The notes beneath the pieces are model-generated. The model made no database searches and was not told the origin of the DNA. It saw only the letters and a list, made by a program, of their open reading frames with translations. Position numbers and translations under genes: made by a program. A stretch of 64,000 bases of DNA from the human T2T-CHM13v2.0 reference genome, Homo sapiens: assembly GCF_009914755.1 (NCBI RefSeq), contig NC_060927.1. The stretch is one strand, 5' to 3'. This document shows, piece after piece, positions 28,624-42,300 of the stretch; the first letter of the stretch is position 1, and each line of letters opens with the position of its first letter.

Positions 28624-29931
28624 CTATTCAGACCATCTTGTGTAACCTCTGTATTTTAAGGTCTGCTGATTAGCCATCTTAATCCCACCCTTAATTCTCC
28701 TTTGCCCTTTAGCCTAACATATTCACAGCTTCCAGGGATTAGAATGTGAACATCATTGGGGGATCAGTATTCTATCTACCTAACTTGCAGATAAGAGACC
28801 TTGCAAGCTGTCAATTCATTTACATTGTCACTCAGCAATCTACAGAGACAGTGTGTTTGTATATATTTCAACTACCAGAAATAGAAAATGAAAACTTAAA
28901 AATTAGAGTATTTCATCTGTTTCACAACTTTTTAAAATAAGGTGATGTGAAGCACTAGAAAAATACCTTTAAACTTCAGGGATTGATTTAAATATAGTTG
29001 AGGACAAGTCTATAATACTGAGGCTAATGCCATTGTAAAGAAAAAGGTGTACCAGCTAAATTTTGGGAAAAAGCCGGAAGTATTCTTTGTGCTATATACC
29101 AAAAAAAATTTGAACTTGTCAACAAGACATAATAAGAGACAAATTTATCAAACAAATGTCTTAATAGCAAAAGCATTCTTTGGAACAATTCAAAGATTAT
29201 ACCGAATATTTTCTAGATCTGTCCAAGATAGAACATCTTGATGAAACACACATCACATTTGATCTCCTAACCATTTGGACACAATTTGGGAATCTCAATT
29301 AACTGATATTAAAGGAAAGAATTTAAAAATAGACTAGGCCTGTGATACATTAGATGAGCTAAGCAAATATAACTATCTTTAAACAAAAAAAAAAGGACTT
29401 TTTGTCTTTGGCAAACAATAAAATTAATTTTGAATGAATTTTATTCATGATTATTTAGTATAAGTTTTTGCTTGAACTTAGCGATGTTAGCAAAATCTTA
29501 CAAAAAATCCCAAACAGAAAATACTTCTTAACTTTAGGAAAAGAGTTTCTTTAAGACAAACAAACAAACAAAAAACCTACTTGTAAAATATGCAACAAAA
29601 GTGACATTCCGTTGCAAGAACATTAGTTAAAAATTTCATATGACTATGAAGGAGATTCTTGTAAAATAAAATCAAAACTAATTTCTATAGAAACCATTTT
29701 AGATCAAGAAAAATCTCAATTGAAAATAAATTGAACAAATTGAGCAACATATGGCTGTTTTTAGTTTTCTTTATTGTATTTCAACAATAAAATATCTAAA
29801 AGTAGAAGAACTTAAGAAAGGATTTAAGAAGTTCTTAAGAAGAACTTATAACTATAGGGATCTAGATATTGTTTTAAGAGATGTTTGGAAATCATTATAT
29901 AAATGGTAATATCATATGTTAAAATGAAACC

Positions 29932-30295
29932 TGTCTTAGTCCATTTGGGCTACCGTAAAATAATACCATAAACTGGGCAGCATATAAGCAACAGAAATTT
30001 ATTTCTCTCAGGTATCAAGGCTGAGATGTATAAGATTAAGGCATCAACAGATGTGGTGTCTAGGGCCCACTTTCTGGTTCATAAATGCCACTTTCTTGCA
30101 GAGTCTTCCCATGGTAAAAGGGTAAACGAGTTCTCTGGGGTCTCTTTTAAAAGTACACTAATCACATTATTCAAGGTTCCATCTTTATAACTTAATCACT
30201 TCCCAAAGGCCCCATCTCTTAATAGTATTTGTTACCTTGGGAGTTGGATTACAGCGTATGAATTTTGGAGGAACACAAACATTCAGATCACAGCA
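29932..30295 (-). mobile_element. MaLR LTR (MLT1A-like)
   Basis: TGTCTTAGTCCATTTGGGCT start; ATGAATTTTGGAGGAACACAAACATTCAGATCACAGCA end. Confidence 0.88.
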
Positions 30296-31064
30296 AAATT
30301 CTTTTGAAATATTTCTGTGACAATGATAATTCATCATATGTAACTTAACTATAATTTTTAATATGACATGTAAAGGTCAACATTTATTTTCAAATATAAA
30401 TGTGGCTTTAATAATTTTATTGACTATTTCAGATTCTATTTCTTCAGCAGAATGAAATTTCCCCATATTGAAGACTATTTAAAATCCACATTTATTCAAA
30501 AAGGATTTTGTAATAAGCAATTGTGTCCATAGAATGCAAATTATGTAAAAAATTATTATAATATGATTAATGGCTTTGCTGAATCACAGGTTAAAAATTA
30601 TTATTTAAAAATATGTAACAATTTATGAATCACTTCTTTGTTTCAGTCTCCCCATAGGCCATCCCAATATGCACAGTAATAATTCGGTATTTTGCTAAAT
30701 TTCAATCTTATGAAAACCACAGCTTTATATATTTTTAATTTTACCAATGTAAATTTTGAGGTAGAGGAACAGAACATATTTTATCTAACAATTTGTTAGC
30801 TTAATTTACAAGTTTTATGTTTTGCAATGTATGGTGGTAAGTTTTCACCTGTTTTTATGCCTTAGGCTTGCAAGTATTCATAGGGACTGGAAAGATGTCA
30901 TTTAAAATATCTTAAAAAGAGAATCTTTTCTTTAATCATACCAGTCACACCCTGGTTTGGAGCTTTCATTCTTGCTCCCCTGTCTGTTCTCCAAGAATGT
31001 GAATGTCCCACTCTCTCAAGCCTTTGGAGATTCTGTCTATTGTACCCTCTCTCTACTTCTAAGT

Positions 31065-31274
31065 CAATGTTTCTCAGCTTCTGCACATTTTGGCCCAAAT
31101 AATTCTCTGTTGTGGGGGCAGAGCTATACTGTGCCTTGTAGAATCTTCGGCAGCACTGCTGGTCTCTACCCACTAGATATCAGTAGTGTCTGTCCAGCTG
31201 TGGCAATCAAAAATGTCTGCAGATATTGTCAAATATCACCTGGAGGGCAAAATCGCTCCAGTTGAGAACCACTG
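31065..31274 (-). mobile_element. MER20 hAT-Charlie element within L2-like sequence
   Basis: CTCTACCCACTAGAT..AAAAATGTCTGCAGATATTGTCAAAT..GGGCAAAATCGCTCCAGTTGAGAACCACTG. Confidence 0.9.
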
Positions 31275-31776
31275 CTGTAACCCTAAACTTACTCCATTAT
31301 CACCCTCTTAACCTCATATTTTGTCTTTATTTTTATTTTTTGACATAGCATTTGTCACTGTCTGACATTGTTTATTGTCTGCCCATCATTCCCCATTTCA
31401 CTAATGGACTTGATGAAGTCAGGGACTTTATTGTGTCTCCAATGTCCAGAACACTGCTCTATACACAATAGGTGTGCAGTGATGACTGAGTGAACAATGG
31501 AGGATACCCCAGACATTTTTTTCACCACTCGAAATAGTCAAAATGACACAGCAGCTTCCAAAACTCATTCTACTTAAAACTTTCCTCCACCGAAAGCCCA
31601 AATTTCCAGAATGGGGGTAATAGTTAGCTACAGGCATCCTTTTTCAAGTATTTATAGGCAATATATTATGTACAATTATATATAATTACATTATGCATTT
31701 AAAAACATTTATTGGAAAATAATCATTGAATGACTGATGAACTTAGCATATAGTGATAAATTATTTTATTTGCTAA

Positions 31777-32143
<367 letters not shown>

Positions 32144-32954
32144 TAATCTCTTCCTGGGTAATTTAGCTACAAAAGTCATAGATGCTTCCCTAGTCATGAT
32201 TCATGGACATCACTAGGCCAATATTGCTGAGTAGGAATAATTCACTGAGCATGCATAATATTTTTCCTGGTGGATGAGGTGTGTGTTTAGCTCAATTATT
32301 GGACATCATAAATTTTTACTCTGTAACTCCATCTTTCTGGCTCCTGAAGTCATTTGAATGGCACCCTGATTTAGAGGTTCCATAAAGAAAGGCCAACTAC
32401 TAGCAATGTCCTCTTCAAGCTGGGACAGTGTATTTTTTCATTAGCCTGCAGGTGTTAAAGAAAGCTGCAAGGGACAGTGATGAGGGAAGAGGCCACTTAA
32501 TCAGGCAGCCAGATTGACCAAATCAAGTAGACAGTCTATGTGATAACACAGGCAGATATCACAACCCAGATTAGCTTTATAACCATCATTATGTAGTAAA
32601 GCATCAACTGACTTTAATAAAAATAAAGTTAAGAAATTTAACTACCATATCTAGGTAATCACAGACTCTGATACAGAAAATACAGTAACTCCCAACTTCT
32701 CATTATTATTCTAGAGCACATTGTGTTTGCCATTTCTCAGAAACCAAGAAAATGAACTTCTATTTGTCTCTCTTCAAATACAGAATGGTTAAATATTATG
32801 GTAAATCAGATGGCACTAAATTAATAACTATCAAGTGTAGTATATCATTATAGTAATTTATAACACACAATATAACTCTTCTAGTATGAGGAATTATTTT
32901 TCTAAGATGGCTCTACTATAATAGATCAACTAATAGGTACTTCAGGACAAAAAA

Positions 32955-33057
32955 GAACCCAGCTAAGCCATACATCAAACATCAGTTGAGAAATATGTGT
33001 TGTTTCAAGTCACTCAGTTTATGATAATTTGGTATATAGCAATAGAAAACTAATACA
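32955..33057 (+). mobile_element. MLT1 LTR 3' fragment
   Basis: TGTTGTTTCAAGTCACTCAGTTT..TATAGCAATAGAAAACTAATACA. Confidence 0.65.
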
Positions 33058-33469
33058 ATTAGACTAAAGGGGACTTGTACTAAAGCTCTGATCTAAAGCT
33101 ATCTATATGGAATTTCCCTTTCTCTTAGCAGATTTTGGGGAGTGGGCAGCAGGAAGGTGTGCCTGAAATTGTATTAGTTCAAGAAATATTCACTAACTGC
33201 TGAACATTTTATCATATGCTAGGACAACACATATGAATAGAATATCTTTCCAATTTTCAGGGAGATTATTATAGTATAGAGAAGAACAGATTATTTCAAC
33301 AGATATATGTTACTATCACAGATTACAGAAAAATGAGGCAGAAAAAAGTGGTGCAGGTACTAAGGGCTTCCTTGGTGAAATGGTTCTGAAATGGGAACTG
33401 CCATCCAGGAAAAGGAAAGAAACTATTTAAACTTCTGCCATGCACTAGGAAATTGACTAATAGTGATTA

Positions 33470-33700
33470 TAACAACAACTAAATAGCTGATATGTGCTTA
33501 TCTTGAGCTGGGTACCAGACATTGTTTTATATGCATTATTTCGTTAATCCCAACAATTCAGTGATATAGATATTACATAATTTTATAGATGAGGATGCTG
33601 AGAGTTTAAGAAAAGAAAATAGCTCATTAGTGGCAAAGATAGGATTCATTCCTGACTTTTCCCAGACTTCTCTATCTACGCTCTTTCCTCTATAATGGGC
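33470..33700 (-). mobile_element. MIR SINE
   Basis: ATTTTATAGATGAGGATGCTGAG core in reverse orientation. Confidence 0.65.
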
Positions 33701-34199
33701 TGTCATTTGAGAAAAGGTCTTCTGATCTTCCTTTCCACTCACACTTCTAAACTGCATGTTCCCTGAATTTCCTTCTGTTCCCATCACTGTCTGATATTAC
33801 ATTTAAATCACTAATTGCACTCTATTATAAGTATATAATTCATTTCTCTCACTGAATAGAATGTAAATTATTTGACAGTTGAAATTTTCCAAATCATCTT
33901 TTGGTATTTTGTTTCTATCTTGAGGCCAGAAATAATAATGTTCAATAAATGGTGAGTGGATAGATATTTAGAATATCTATAGGCCAAAAAAAAAGGTCAT
34001 TTTACTTGTTAATGTCCATGAAGATGACTTCTAAGAAAGAAAGCCTTCTTATTTCTGGGATTGTGGTTTGTTCTTATTTATAATAATTTTTGGTAAACCT
34101 AACAAGCAAATAAATAGGTCAATGAAAGATGGATGGATGGATAAATACACTATGCCTAAGAAACTTCAGGGAATGCTTCAGGGAAGCATGTACTGATGT

Positions 34200-34440
34200 T
34201 TAGCATTGCTTAGCACTTACTTCATGGCCAGCACTATGCTAAATTCTTGGCCTGGGTTTTTTCATTTAATCTTTACGATAACCCTGTGAGGAGGATAGTC
34301 ATTTTGTTGTGCACATGAAAAAAGTGAAGACAGAAGTTCACGAACTGTCCTCAGACACAGATCCTGTGAGTGAGATTGCAATCCAAGCAGCCAGTCCAAC
34401 ATTCAGATCTGCATCATTTACCACTAAACATACTACCTCC
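34200..34440 (-). mobile_element. MIR SINE
   Basis: TCATTTAATCTTTACGATAACCCTGTGAG motif. Confidence 0.65.
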
Positions 34441-34582
34441 TACTTAGATCTATAGTTTGCCTTTCTGCTTTTTTGTTTTTGCAAATTGTTATGAATTAAT
34501 TACATTTTAATGAGGAATACTTTCAGGACTGGACCACTTACATTGGGCAATGAGATTAAAAAAGAAAATAGGCCTTATTGAC

Positions 34583-34947
34583 TGCAGTGTGTTGAATGAT
34601 GGCCTCTGAAAAATATGTCCATATTGTTAACCCCTGGAAACTGTTAATATGACCTTATTTGGAAAAGGTCTTTGCAGATATAATTGAATTAAGAATCTTG
34701 AAATGAGCCATGTGAAGCAGAGGCAGAGATTGGAGTGATCCAGACATAAGGAATGCCTGGAGCCACCAGAAGCTGAGGAGCCAGGAAGGATTCTTCCTCA
34801 GAGCCTTTGGAGGGAGCACAACCATACTGACACTTTAATTTCAGACTTCTGGCCTCCAGAACAGTGACATAATAAGGATTAACTTCTGTTGTTTTAAGTC
34901 ACCAAGTTTTTTACCTTTTATTATGGCAACTCTAGGATGCTGATACA
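34583..34947 (+). mobile_element. MaLR LTR (MLT1B/C-like)
   Basis: TG...CA ends; ATATGACCTTATTTGGAAAAGGTCTTTGCAGAT; near-perfect 5-bp TSD TTGAC / CTGAC. Confidence 0.87.
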
Positions 34948-35049
34948 CTGACCACTCTTGCTTCTCATAAAGAACACATATATAGTATTATCTTCCCTAG
35001 TATACTTTAGACAAACCTGTGTTTAAGTGGTCATTGAACTCTGGAAAAT

Positions 35050-35245
35050 TATATATATGAATATATATGTGTGTGTATACATATATACATAAATATATAT
35101 TCATATATGTTTATATTTATACATTTATACATATATGTATATTTATATATTTATACATATGTAAATAAATAGATATTATACATGTATTATTTTGTATATA
35201 AAATATATATTGTTACTTATATATGTATAAATATATATTTATATT
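35050..35245. repeat. (TA)-rich low-complexity tract
   Basis: Degenerate TATATA/TACA run. Confidence 0.9.
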
Positions 35246-35639
35246 TATCTTTATCTTTTCTCCCATGAGAGGAACCCATACACACTCAATTCTTGAAGGG
35301 GCTCTGAGCTAAATCATAACCATTGCTATTGAATCAGAAAATGAACAACATAGAATGGCTAGAAGACAAGTGTTGACAAAAAGAAAGACTTTTTTTGAGC
35401 CTAACCTTGGAGAATTCTATGCTTCTTGGAAATGAGTAGCAATAGTCAATTGCCAGATTCCATGGATAACATAGAATCCTAACTTTAGACAACATTTCTT
35501 CCCAGAAAAGTGACCTAGAGCATATGTATTCATTTTTGTAAATTAATATTTTGTAGACCGACTAAAATATTGTGTGCTTATACTGAAGATTAGAGAAATA
35601 ACATGGTGTTGAAGACACACAAGGACTTTTAATCTGAAT

Positions 35640-35800
35640 GGTTGAAGATTTAGTTTGAGCACCTGTTGCCCATAAAACCATAAAGAAATTTAACCTCTTT
35701 GAACCCTTTTGCTCACTTATAAAACAGGAATATACAGTCTGCATGGTTTTGTGAGGATTAGAAATAACATATACAAAATTGAAACCCAAAAAGTGGCTTC
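35640..35800 (+). mobile_element. MIR SINE
   Basis: TTAACCTCTTTGAACC..GGTTTTGTGAGGATTAGAAATAA. Confidence 0.55.
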
Positions 35801-37062
35801 TTAACAAAACAACAATAGTAGAAAATCTATATAAGCATCATGTTTGTGTCTAACAACATTCCAATTATTCAATTCAGAAATTCATCAATGTAGGCCTGTA
35901 AAAAATATTTTTAGTGTCCCTTGAGAATAGCTATGAAATTTTGTTCTAAATCAGTCACTATTACAGGGAAAGCAACTTTCAGTGTCAAAATGAACTTCCA
36001 GCTCATGAAGTATCATTGGATTTTACTTTTGGAATTTTGCCACTGATTGTTGTTACATCACGTTTCATCTACTGTGCAGATAGTATCAACATTCAGTCGA
36101 TGATTCTACTCCAGTCCTCTTAATGACGACCTTCATTTTAGGGCTGTGATGAGGCAATCAATAATGTCTGATTTAGGAAGTTCTTTTCAAAGTCCACCCC
36201 CTGTCTTGTAAAACTCAATTTCCAAAACTCAGTTGGTCCTTTTGATCACTTTCACTAATCCAGTTTAAGAGCTTAAAGTCTCTCCAAGTGGCCTTTAATT
36301 AATGGCCAGAATGAATGCACAAGCACACACTTGGACTGTATTTGGAAGTTAACAAAGCATCTGTATCTTGGAATTTGATAATGATCTTCCCTCTATGGAC
36401 AACTGATTGCAACAAGGCATATGGTAGCTGTTTGCAAATTTTAAATAAACCTGAGAGGTATATCGATTAACCTTACTTACTCTTGTCCTTTAACTTTTAA
36501 CATTACTGATTACTCTTCTTCTTTATAATATTCAGGATGTAGGAGAGGAAAGACCCACCGCAAGGGTATGAAAAAAAATAACGTCAATCAACACTTTTAC
36601 AATTCCTAAAGTATAACTATTTTATATTTCTAGAAAAGCTAATTACCTTCTTGAAGACCAGTATTTTTTACAAAATATTTCCCAAATAAAGTTTCTTCCC
36701 AAAGTCTTTTAAATTATTAATACAATCACATTGTTAAGCCATTGAGATAGAAATAAAAGTGTTCTCTCATCCAATTTATCTGTTGCTTGTCTTTATACAT
36801 TCTCGTGGCTATATCATACATCATTCATTATCGTATATCTTAGCGAAAGCAGCAATTGGAACAGGACTTCACAAAATGTCAAATGAACTCTCAAAATAAA
36901 GCACATGATGGATTAATCACAAATATCTGGATAGGCTGTAATAAGAAAGTGAGAATTTCAACAGAAATGGTAAACTAAAAAGAAGGATTAAAATATCTTA
37001 ATAATAAATATCTACCTGTTAGTATTTATAATGTAATAGCCATTCTCCTTGAGGACTTAAGG

Positions 37063-37256
37063 GCTATGCTGTCTGACAGGGAGTCGCTAGTCACATGTGG
37101 CTGTTTAAATTTAAATTAATTAAAGGTAAATAAGAATTCAGTTCTTCAGCTGCATTAGCCACATTTCAAGTGCTCAATAGCCACATGTGGCTAATGACTT
37201 CCATACTGGACTACCTTGATATCACACATTGCAGAATGTTCTTAGGACAGAGCTGC
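37063..37256. mobile_element. MER3-like hAT element
   Basis: CTAGTCACATGTGGCTGTTTAAATTTAAATTAATTAAA..TAGCCACATTTCAAGTGCTCAATAGCCACATGTGGCTA. Confidence 0.82.
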
Positions 37257-37679
37257 TTTAGAGGCAAAACTGGTGTTCTTGTCCATCGTTTCTCATTGTT
37301 CATGTCAGAAAATAAGGAACAGTAACATTTTCTGTCATAAGATTAAATTATTTCAACTTCTTGGTGTTTAAAACAGTTCATCCTCTTTCAAATGTACTTT
37401 TCAAATTGCACACTGCAGAAATGACCCCGGAAATTGTAGCTTCAATGGTCTTGCAGAAACTATAATTGTTACCTAGCAGTAGTGTGTAAAATAATATGAA
37501 ACCGTTCACAGTGATTAAAATACCCTTAACAAATTTATGTAGAAATAATTCATAGAGGTAATTGCTATATGTGCCCCTTGTAATATAATGCTTTTTCATA
37601 TTTACATACATATACATGTTCTTTTGGCATTGTCTTTGACCAATTTGAAATGAAAGAGCCAAGAGGCTCTCTTTCTTGG

Positions 37680-37682
<3 letters not shown>

Positions 37683-37730
<48 letters not shown>
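37683..37730. repeat. Perfect (CA)24 microsatellite
   Basis: Counted directly. Confidence 0.98.
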
Positions 37731-37733
<3 letters not shown>

Positions 37734-38909
37734 CAAATCCTTCTTTATCTTTTACCCATTGTATCCAAAAATAAATAAATGATACAAATGGTTCTTTTTC
37801 TGGTTTTAAGAGTAGAGCCAGAAATTATGTGAAGTTGGAACTATTGAATTATTCATGTGTTCTGATTGAATGGGATCATTATCTCTGGTCTTACAAGCTA
37901 ATAAATACTGTCTAATGCCTGGATACTGTTTTGATGTAATAATGTCAGGAAAAAGAAAAAAAAATTGACTTCTTTGCAAGCTTGAGCTTAAATTAGGGAG
38001 GAGCTCCCTGATGAGTTCATTACAAGAAATGTGTGTATGTGTGTGAGTGTGTGTCTGTGTGTGTCTATACACAAATATGAACTATTTTGGACGATTCTGG
38101 TAGTCAGTCTTCTCCTAATCTCTCTGAAGGCATTTTAACTTATACATGTAACTAAAGAGTTGCAAAATGACTCAGTTGTCTGGTACTTGCTGCTATTTTT
38201 CTCTCATTTATCTACTCTCCTCTATCATAGCATATGTAAAAGAATTTCAAAAAATGCAGATTGAGGCTCAGTAAATGATTATGCTACCTAATCATTTGCC
38301 AGTGAGCAGTCAAATAATCTGAAATTATAGACCAATGGGTTTTTCCCCAGATTGATTTCAATAAATGAAATTGCCTGAGTTTAATATCACCATAAACCAG
38401 ACAGAGTGTAGAAAGCCTGAATTAAGGTTGTGCTCTTAAAGGTGATCACAGAAAGACGTGTATTTGTAAAAGGTCTGAATGCATGGAGATAAATATATTT
38501 GATAATTAGTTTCAGAGAAAGTAAAATTAGAAGTAGACTGTGTTATAAAATACCTTTACAGATTAATAGTTATAGACATGTAGCAGAATCTGTTAGCGTC
38601 AAAGAAAATATCATTATTGACTCTGCTAATTTGTTTAATGAAATAGACATTACCTTTTCTGCCTTTAGAACACCACCTTTTTTTTCTACAAGTGATGTAG
38701 AGTCTATTAAGTGTATAAGAACATCCAACAAAGAGCCCATTAGCAATTCAGTAGTTTGCAAAATTTGCACAAGACCAAAAGTCTTTACTTAGAGACAGCT
38801 GGCTTGGTCTTACACAGAATGCATAGGTTTTCCAAATCGCTTTTCTCATCCTCTAACATGAGCTAATAAATCACGCAATTTAACTAAGTTGTTTTTTTTT
38901 TTTAAACAG

Positions 38910-39018
38910 GAATGAAAGTGTGTGAACCGTCTAGTGGAATGGTGTGAATACTATTTCAATAGTGCTGTTCCTGCAGAGCTGTCTTTCTCTAACTGATCTG
39001 AGAAATGATGGAGGGCAA
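38910..39018 (+). other. Candidate non-coding internal exon (109 nt)
   Basis: T-tract then AAACAG acceptor, upstream TTAAC branch-like motif, CAA|GTGAGT donor; stops in all three frames. No transcript evidence is available. Confidence 0.4.
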
Positions 39019-41940
39019 GTGAGTTTTCTCAAAAAAGTAAATATTCCTATTAGTTGGTATAGCTAATGTGTAGCTGTGATTTTATCACATTTTTCTACAA
39101 AATGGCCATGGGATTTTATTCTCAGATCAAAAAAAAAAGACAAATTTGAATTTGGAACTCAAAGAAAAAATATCAGGGGGGTAAAACTATAGTTTTCTGT
39201 TAGGACTATTATTATTTCTACCTTTGTCTTTTAGAAATAGAAAGTGCCCCTGCCAAAGAATGCGAATAAGGCACTTCATGCCTTTGCCTCCTGAAAGATG
39301 CAAACTGCCAATTCTTCTCCAGTGCTTTCCACCTGTCAGTGTGCTAGGCACGGACCTGACAGTCCACCCGTGCTCTAATTCCTAAAGGCCGGCATGGTTG
39401 GCAGGACATTCACAATGAACCTGTCCCCAAACAGGGCCTTTGGCACTTGGCTTCCCCTGTTCACTCGCACTGTGACAAGCTGCACACAAGACAGATATGT
39501 GGATCAAAGGCAGACCCTGTGGATACACACAGCAGGATCCAAGGAGCATTACTAGTGTTCTCAATAATTTGCTATTAGTATTGCAAAAAAAAGTAGGGAG
39601 TACACTACTAAGTGATAACACATTTTATAAAGAAAATATATACAATATATATTTTGGATCTTGGATTCAAAAGAAGTCACATGGAGCTCTAGAAGAGCAT
39701 GTAAGAAAGGAAGCCACAGTATGAGCTGGGAAACTTCCAAATATCCTTCATACAGATGTTTTTGTTCAACTATGAAACTGTGATGGATGGAAATGAAAAA
39801 ACTAGGTTCAAAGAAAGGCAAAAAATAATAATGTAGCTCTGCCCTGACTCTTGTCATATTCCCATATAATTTTATATTGTTATCTGTTCTTCTCTTACAG
39901 CCTGGAAATTTTGTGGACTGTTTATAATTAGAGTCCTAACCTGATGCAGAATGTTCTGTCATGAGACCTTGGATCAGTCACTCTCTTAGAGCAGCTTATG
40001 TTCTAGTAGTATTGTCCCCTGCCCCTACACTTGGGAATATATGGCTCTGCCAGTCAGCCCTCTGCTGGAGTCTCAGAAAACAATTATGGAAAGGGATATG
40101 CATGCTTATTTCAAATGCACACACTTATAACCCACTATTACATTTATAAAGGCAAATATAAACTAAGAACCGTGTCCAAACTCAGTGATGTATATGGGTC
40201 TACTCTGTGTACCTAGAGAGACTTGGAGGCTTACTCTCTTTTACCAAAGTCTCTTTCTTTGGTATTTTATCCTCAGGAGTTTGAACTCTGTAATGTACTC
40301 CACTTGCTGCCATTTACAGAATCCATGTTTCCAAGTTGATTATTTGATGTTTCTTCAACTGAACACTCCACTTTTTCCCATCAGTACCCAAGTAAATACA
40401 CTGTCATATAGGGATGTCTTCCTTCAATTATCTAATGTCCTTTGCTGGCACATAATGACCTGAGAATGAGTGAAGAAACAGGGCTTTCAATAGCACTACC
40501 AATTTTTTTCTCTTACTCTCAATTGGCCCCTGCTATTAAGAAACTGCCTAACTTCCCTTTTTCATCATTAATATAATGTCAAAGTGGAATTAATTAAACC
40601 ATTTTTGGTAAAACCATAAAATAAAATGCAGCCAACAAAAACTATGTCATAGATAAATTTTATGTTATAACCTAAATGAACAACACAAATTACAAAACCT
40701 ATACAGTTTAAATCTACCTTTTAGTTGAAACATATATGTACCTGTTTATAGAACAGTACAGAAGGACATATGTGGAAATAATAAATATGTATGTATATAT
40801 TATATGTGTGTGTATGTATATCTGAACAATGGGATTATGGCTATGTTTAATCTTTCTGTTTACTTACATTACTATTTTCCAACAGTGAAAAAACTTGTTA
40901 AAATTATTAATATTTTTTCAAAATGTAGAAATACATCAAACTTTTTTATTATACTTGTATATTATAAATCCATAGCCATGTATGAAAACAGACATCTCTT
41001 TGTGAGAAAAAAATTCATTTGTCAGCATTAGTTTGAAGATAAAAATGAGACACATGGTGCTGGTAGATTAAACCAAGATTTAATCAAGATTAAACTTAGT
41101 TTAAAAAAAACAGATTTTAGGCACATTCTTAACAATCTGTATAACCTTTGCAAAGTTGTGTAATCATCTCTAGTAATATTTCCTCATACATAAAGGAGAG
41201 AGCTGGACTAGAGATTGTTCCTTCAACTTTGAATCTCGATGACTATTTCATATCACATATAACATTTGAATTCTCCAAATAGGTAGACTTTAATATGAGG
41301 AAACAATACTTTTCCAAGATAATAAGGCCACAAATGTGCATACATTAAAAACTATATAATGCTTATTATCATCATAAAACCCCAAATAAAAAATAGCAAA
41401 TACCATTTGGATTTACTATATTTCAGGCACCGTTCAAAATTATTTACATGAATTAACGGTTTAAATTCTCCCCAAAAGCTTAAAAGCTATGTTATAATTA
41501 CCTTCACTGTTATAAAGGTAAAGACATCCCCCTACGAATAGATTAGTATTATTAGCCTCCATTTTTTAAAAAAAGAAGAAAACATGACAAAATGTAGTCA
41601 ATGTAAACATGTGGTAATTCCTCTTTTCAATAAGTTAATTCTACAAAAAGTGCTCATTAAAGCCAGAACATTTAAAGATTTGTTTTTCTTTATATTTTTT
41701 TCATATCCAGTAATTAGAATATAGTTAAGTGAAAATGGTATGTGAGCCCTCTACCTCTAAAATTACATGATTATTTAGGATCATATTTTGAAAATGCACT
41801 TGAAGGATGGATATATATTGTAGGTTCAGGACTGTGAGAGAGGAAGCTGGTTGGAATTCATGTTTCATTTCAACTACCTCAGATCCTTCATGTGACCTTT
41901 ATCGGGCAACCATTGTCTGGTACCCTGCACTGCAATACTT

Positions 41941-42300
41941 TTTTACAGTTATTATTATACTTTAAGTTCTGGGACACATGTGCAGGTTTGTTACATAGGT
42001 ATACACTTGCCATGGTGGTTTGCTGTACCCATCAACCCATCATCTACATTAGGTATTTTTTCTAATGCTATCCCTCCCCTAACACTCCACCCGCCAACAG
42101 GCCCCTGGGTGTGATGTTCCCCTCCCTGTGTCTATGTGTTCTCATTGTTCAACTCACTTATGAGTGAGAACATGTGGTGTTTCGTATTCTGTTCCTGTGT
42201 TAGTTTGCTGAGAATGATGGTTTCCAGCTTCATCCACGTCCCTGAAAAGGACATGAACTCATCCTTTTTTTATGGCTGCATAGTACTCCATGGTGTATAG
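41941..42300 (-). mobile_element. 5'-truncated L1PA (L1PA8-like) 3' end
   Basis: TATTATACTTTAAGTTCTGGG..TAATGCTATCCCTCCCC; degenerate TSD CCTGCACTGCAATACTT / CCTGTGCTGCAATTCTT. Confidence 0.9.

Noticed and set aside
36095-36175. Possible C/D-box snoRNA (GTGATGA ... CTGA)
   Set aside because: The perfect C-like box is only ~15 nt from CTGA, the upstream box is non-consensus, and there is no convincing terminal stem.
38499-38792. Overlapping 97-aa (+) and 66-aa (-) ORFs in unique sequence
   Set aside because: No recognisable domain, non-ATG starts, no flanking splice sites, and lengths expected by chance.
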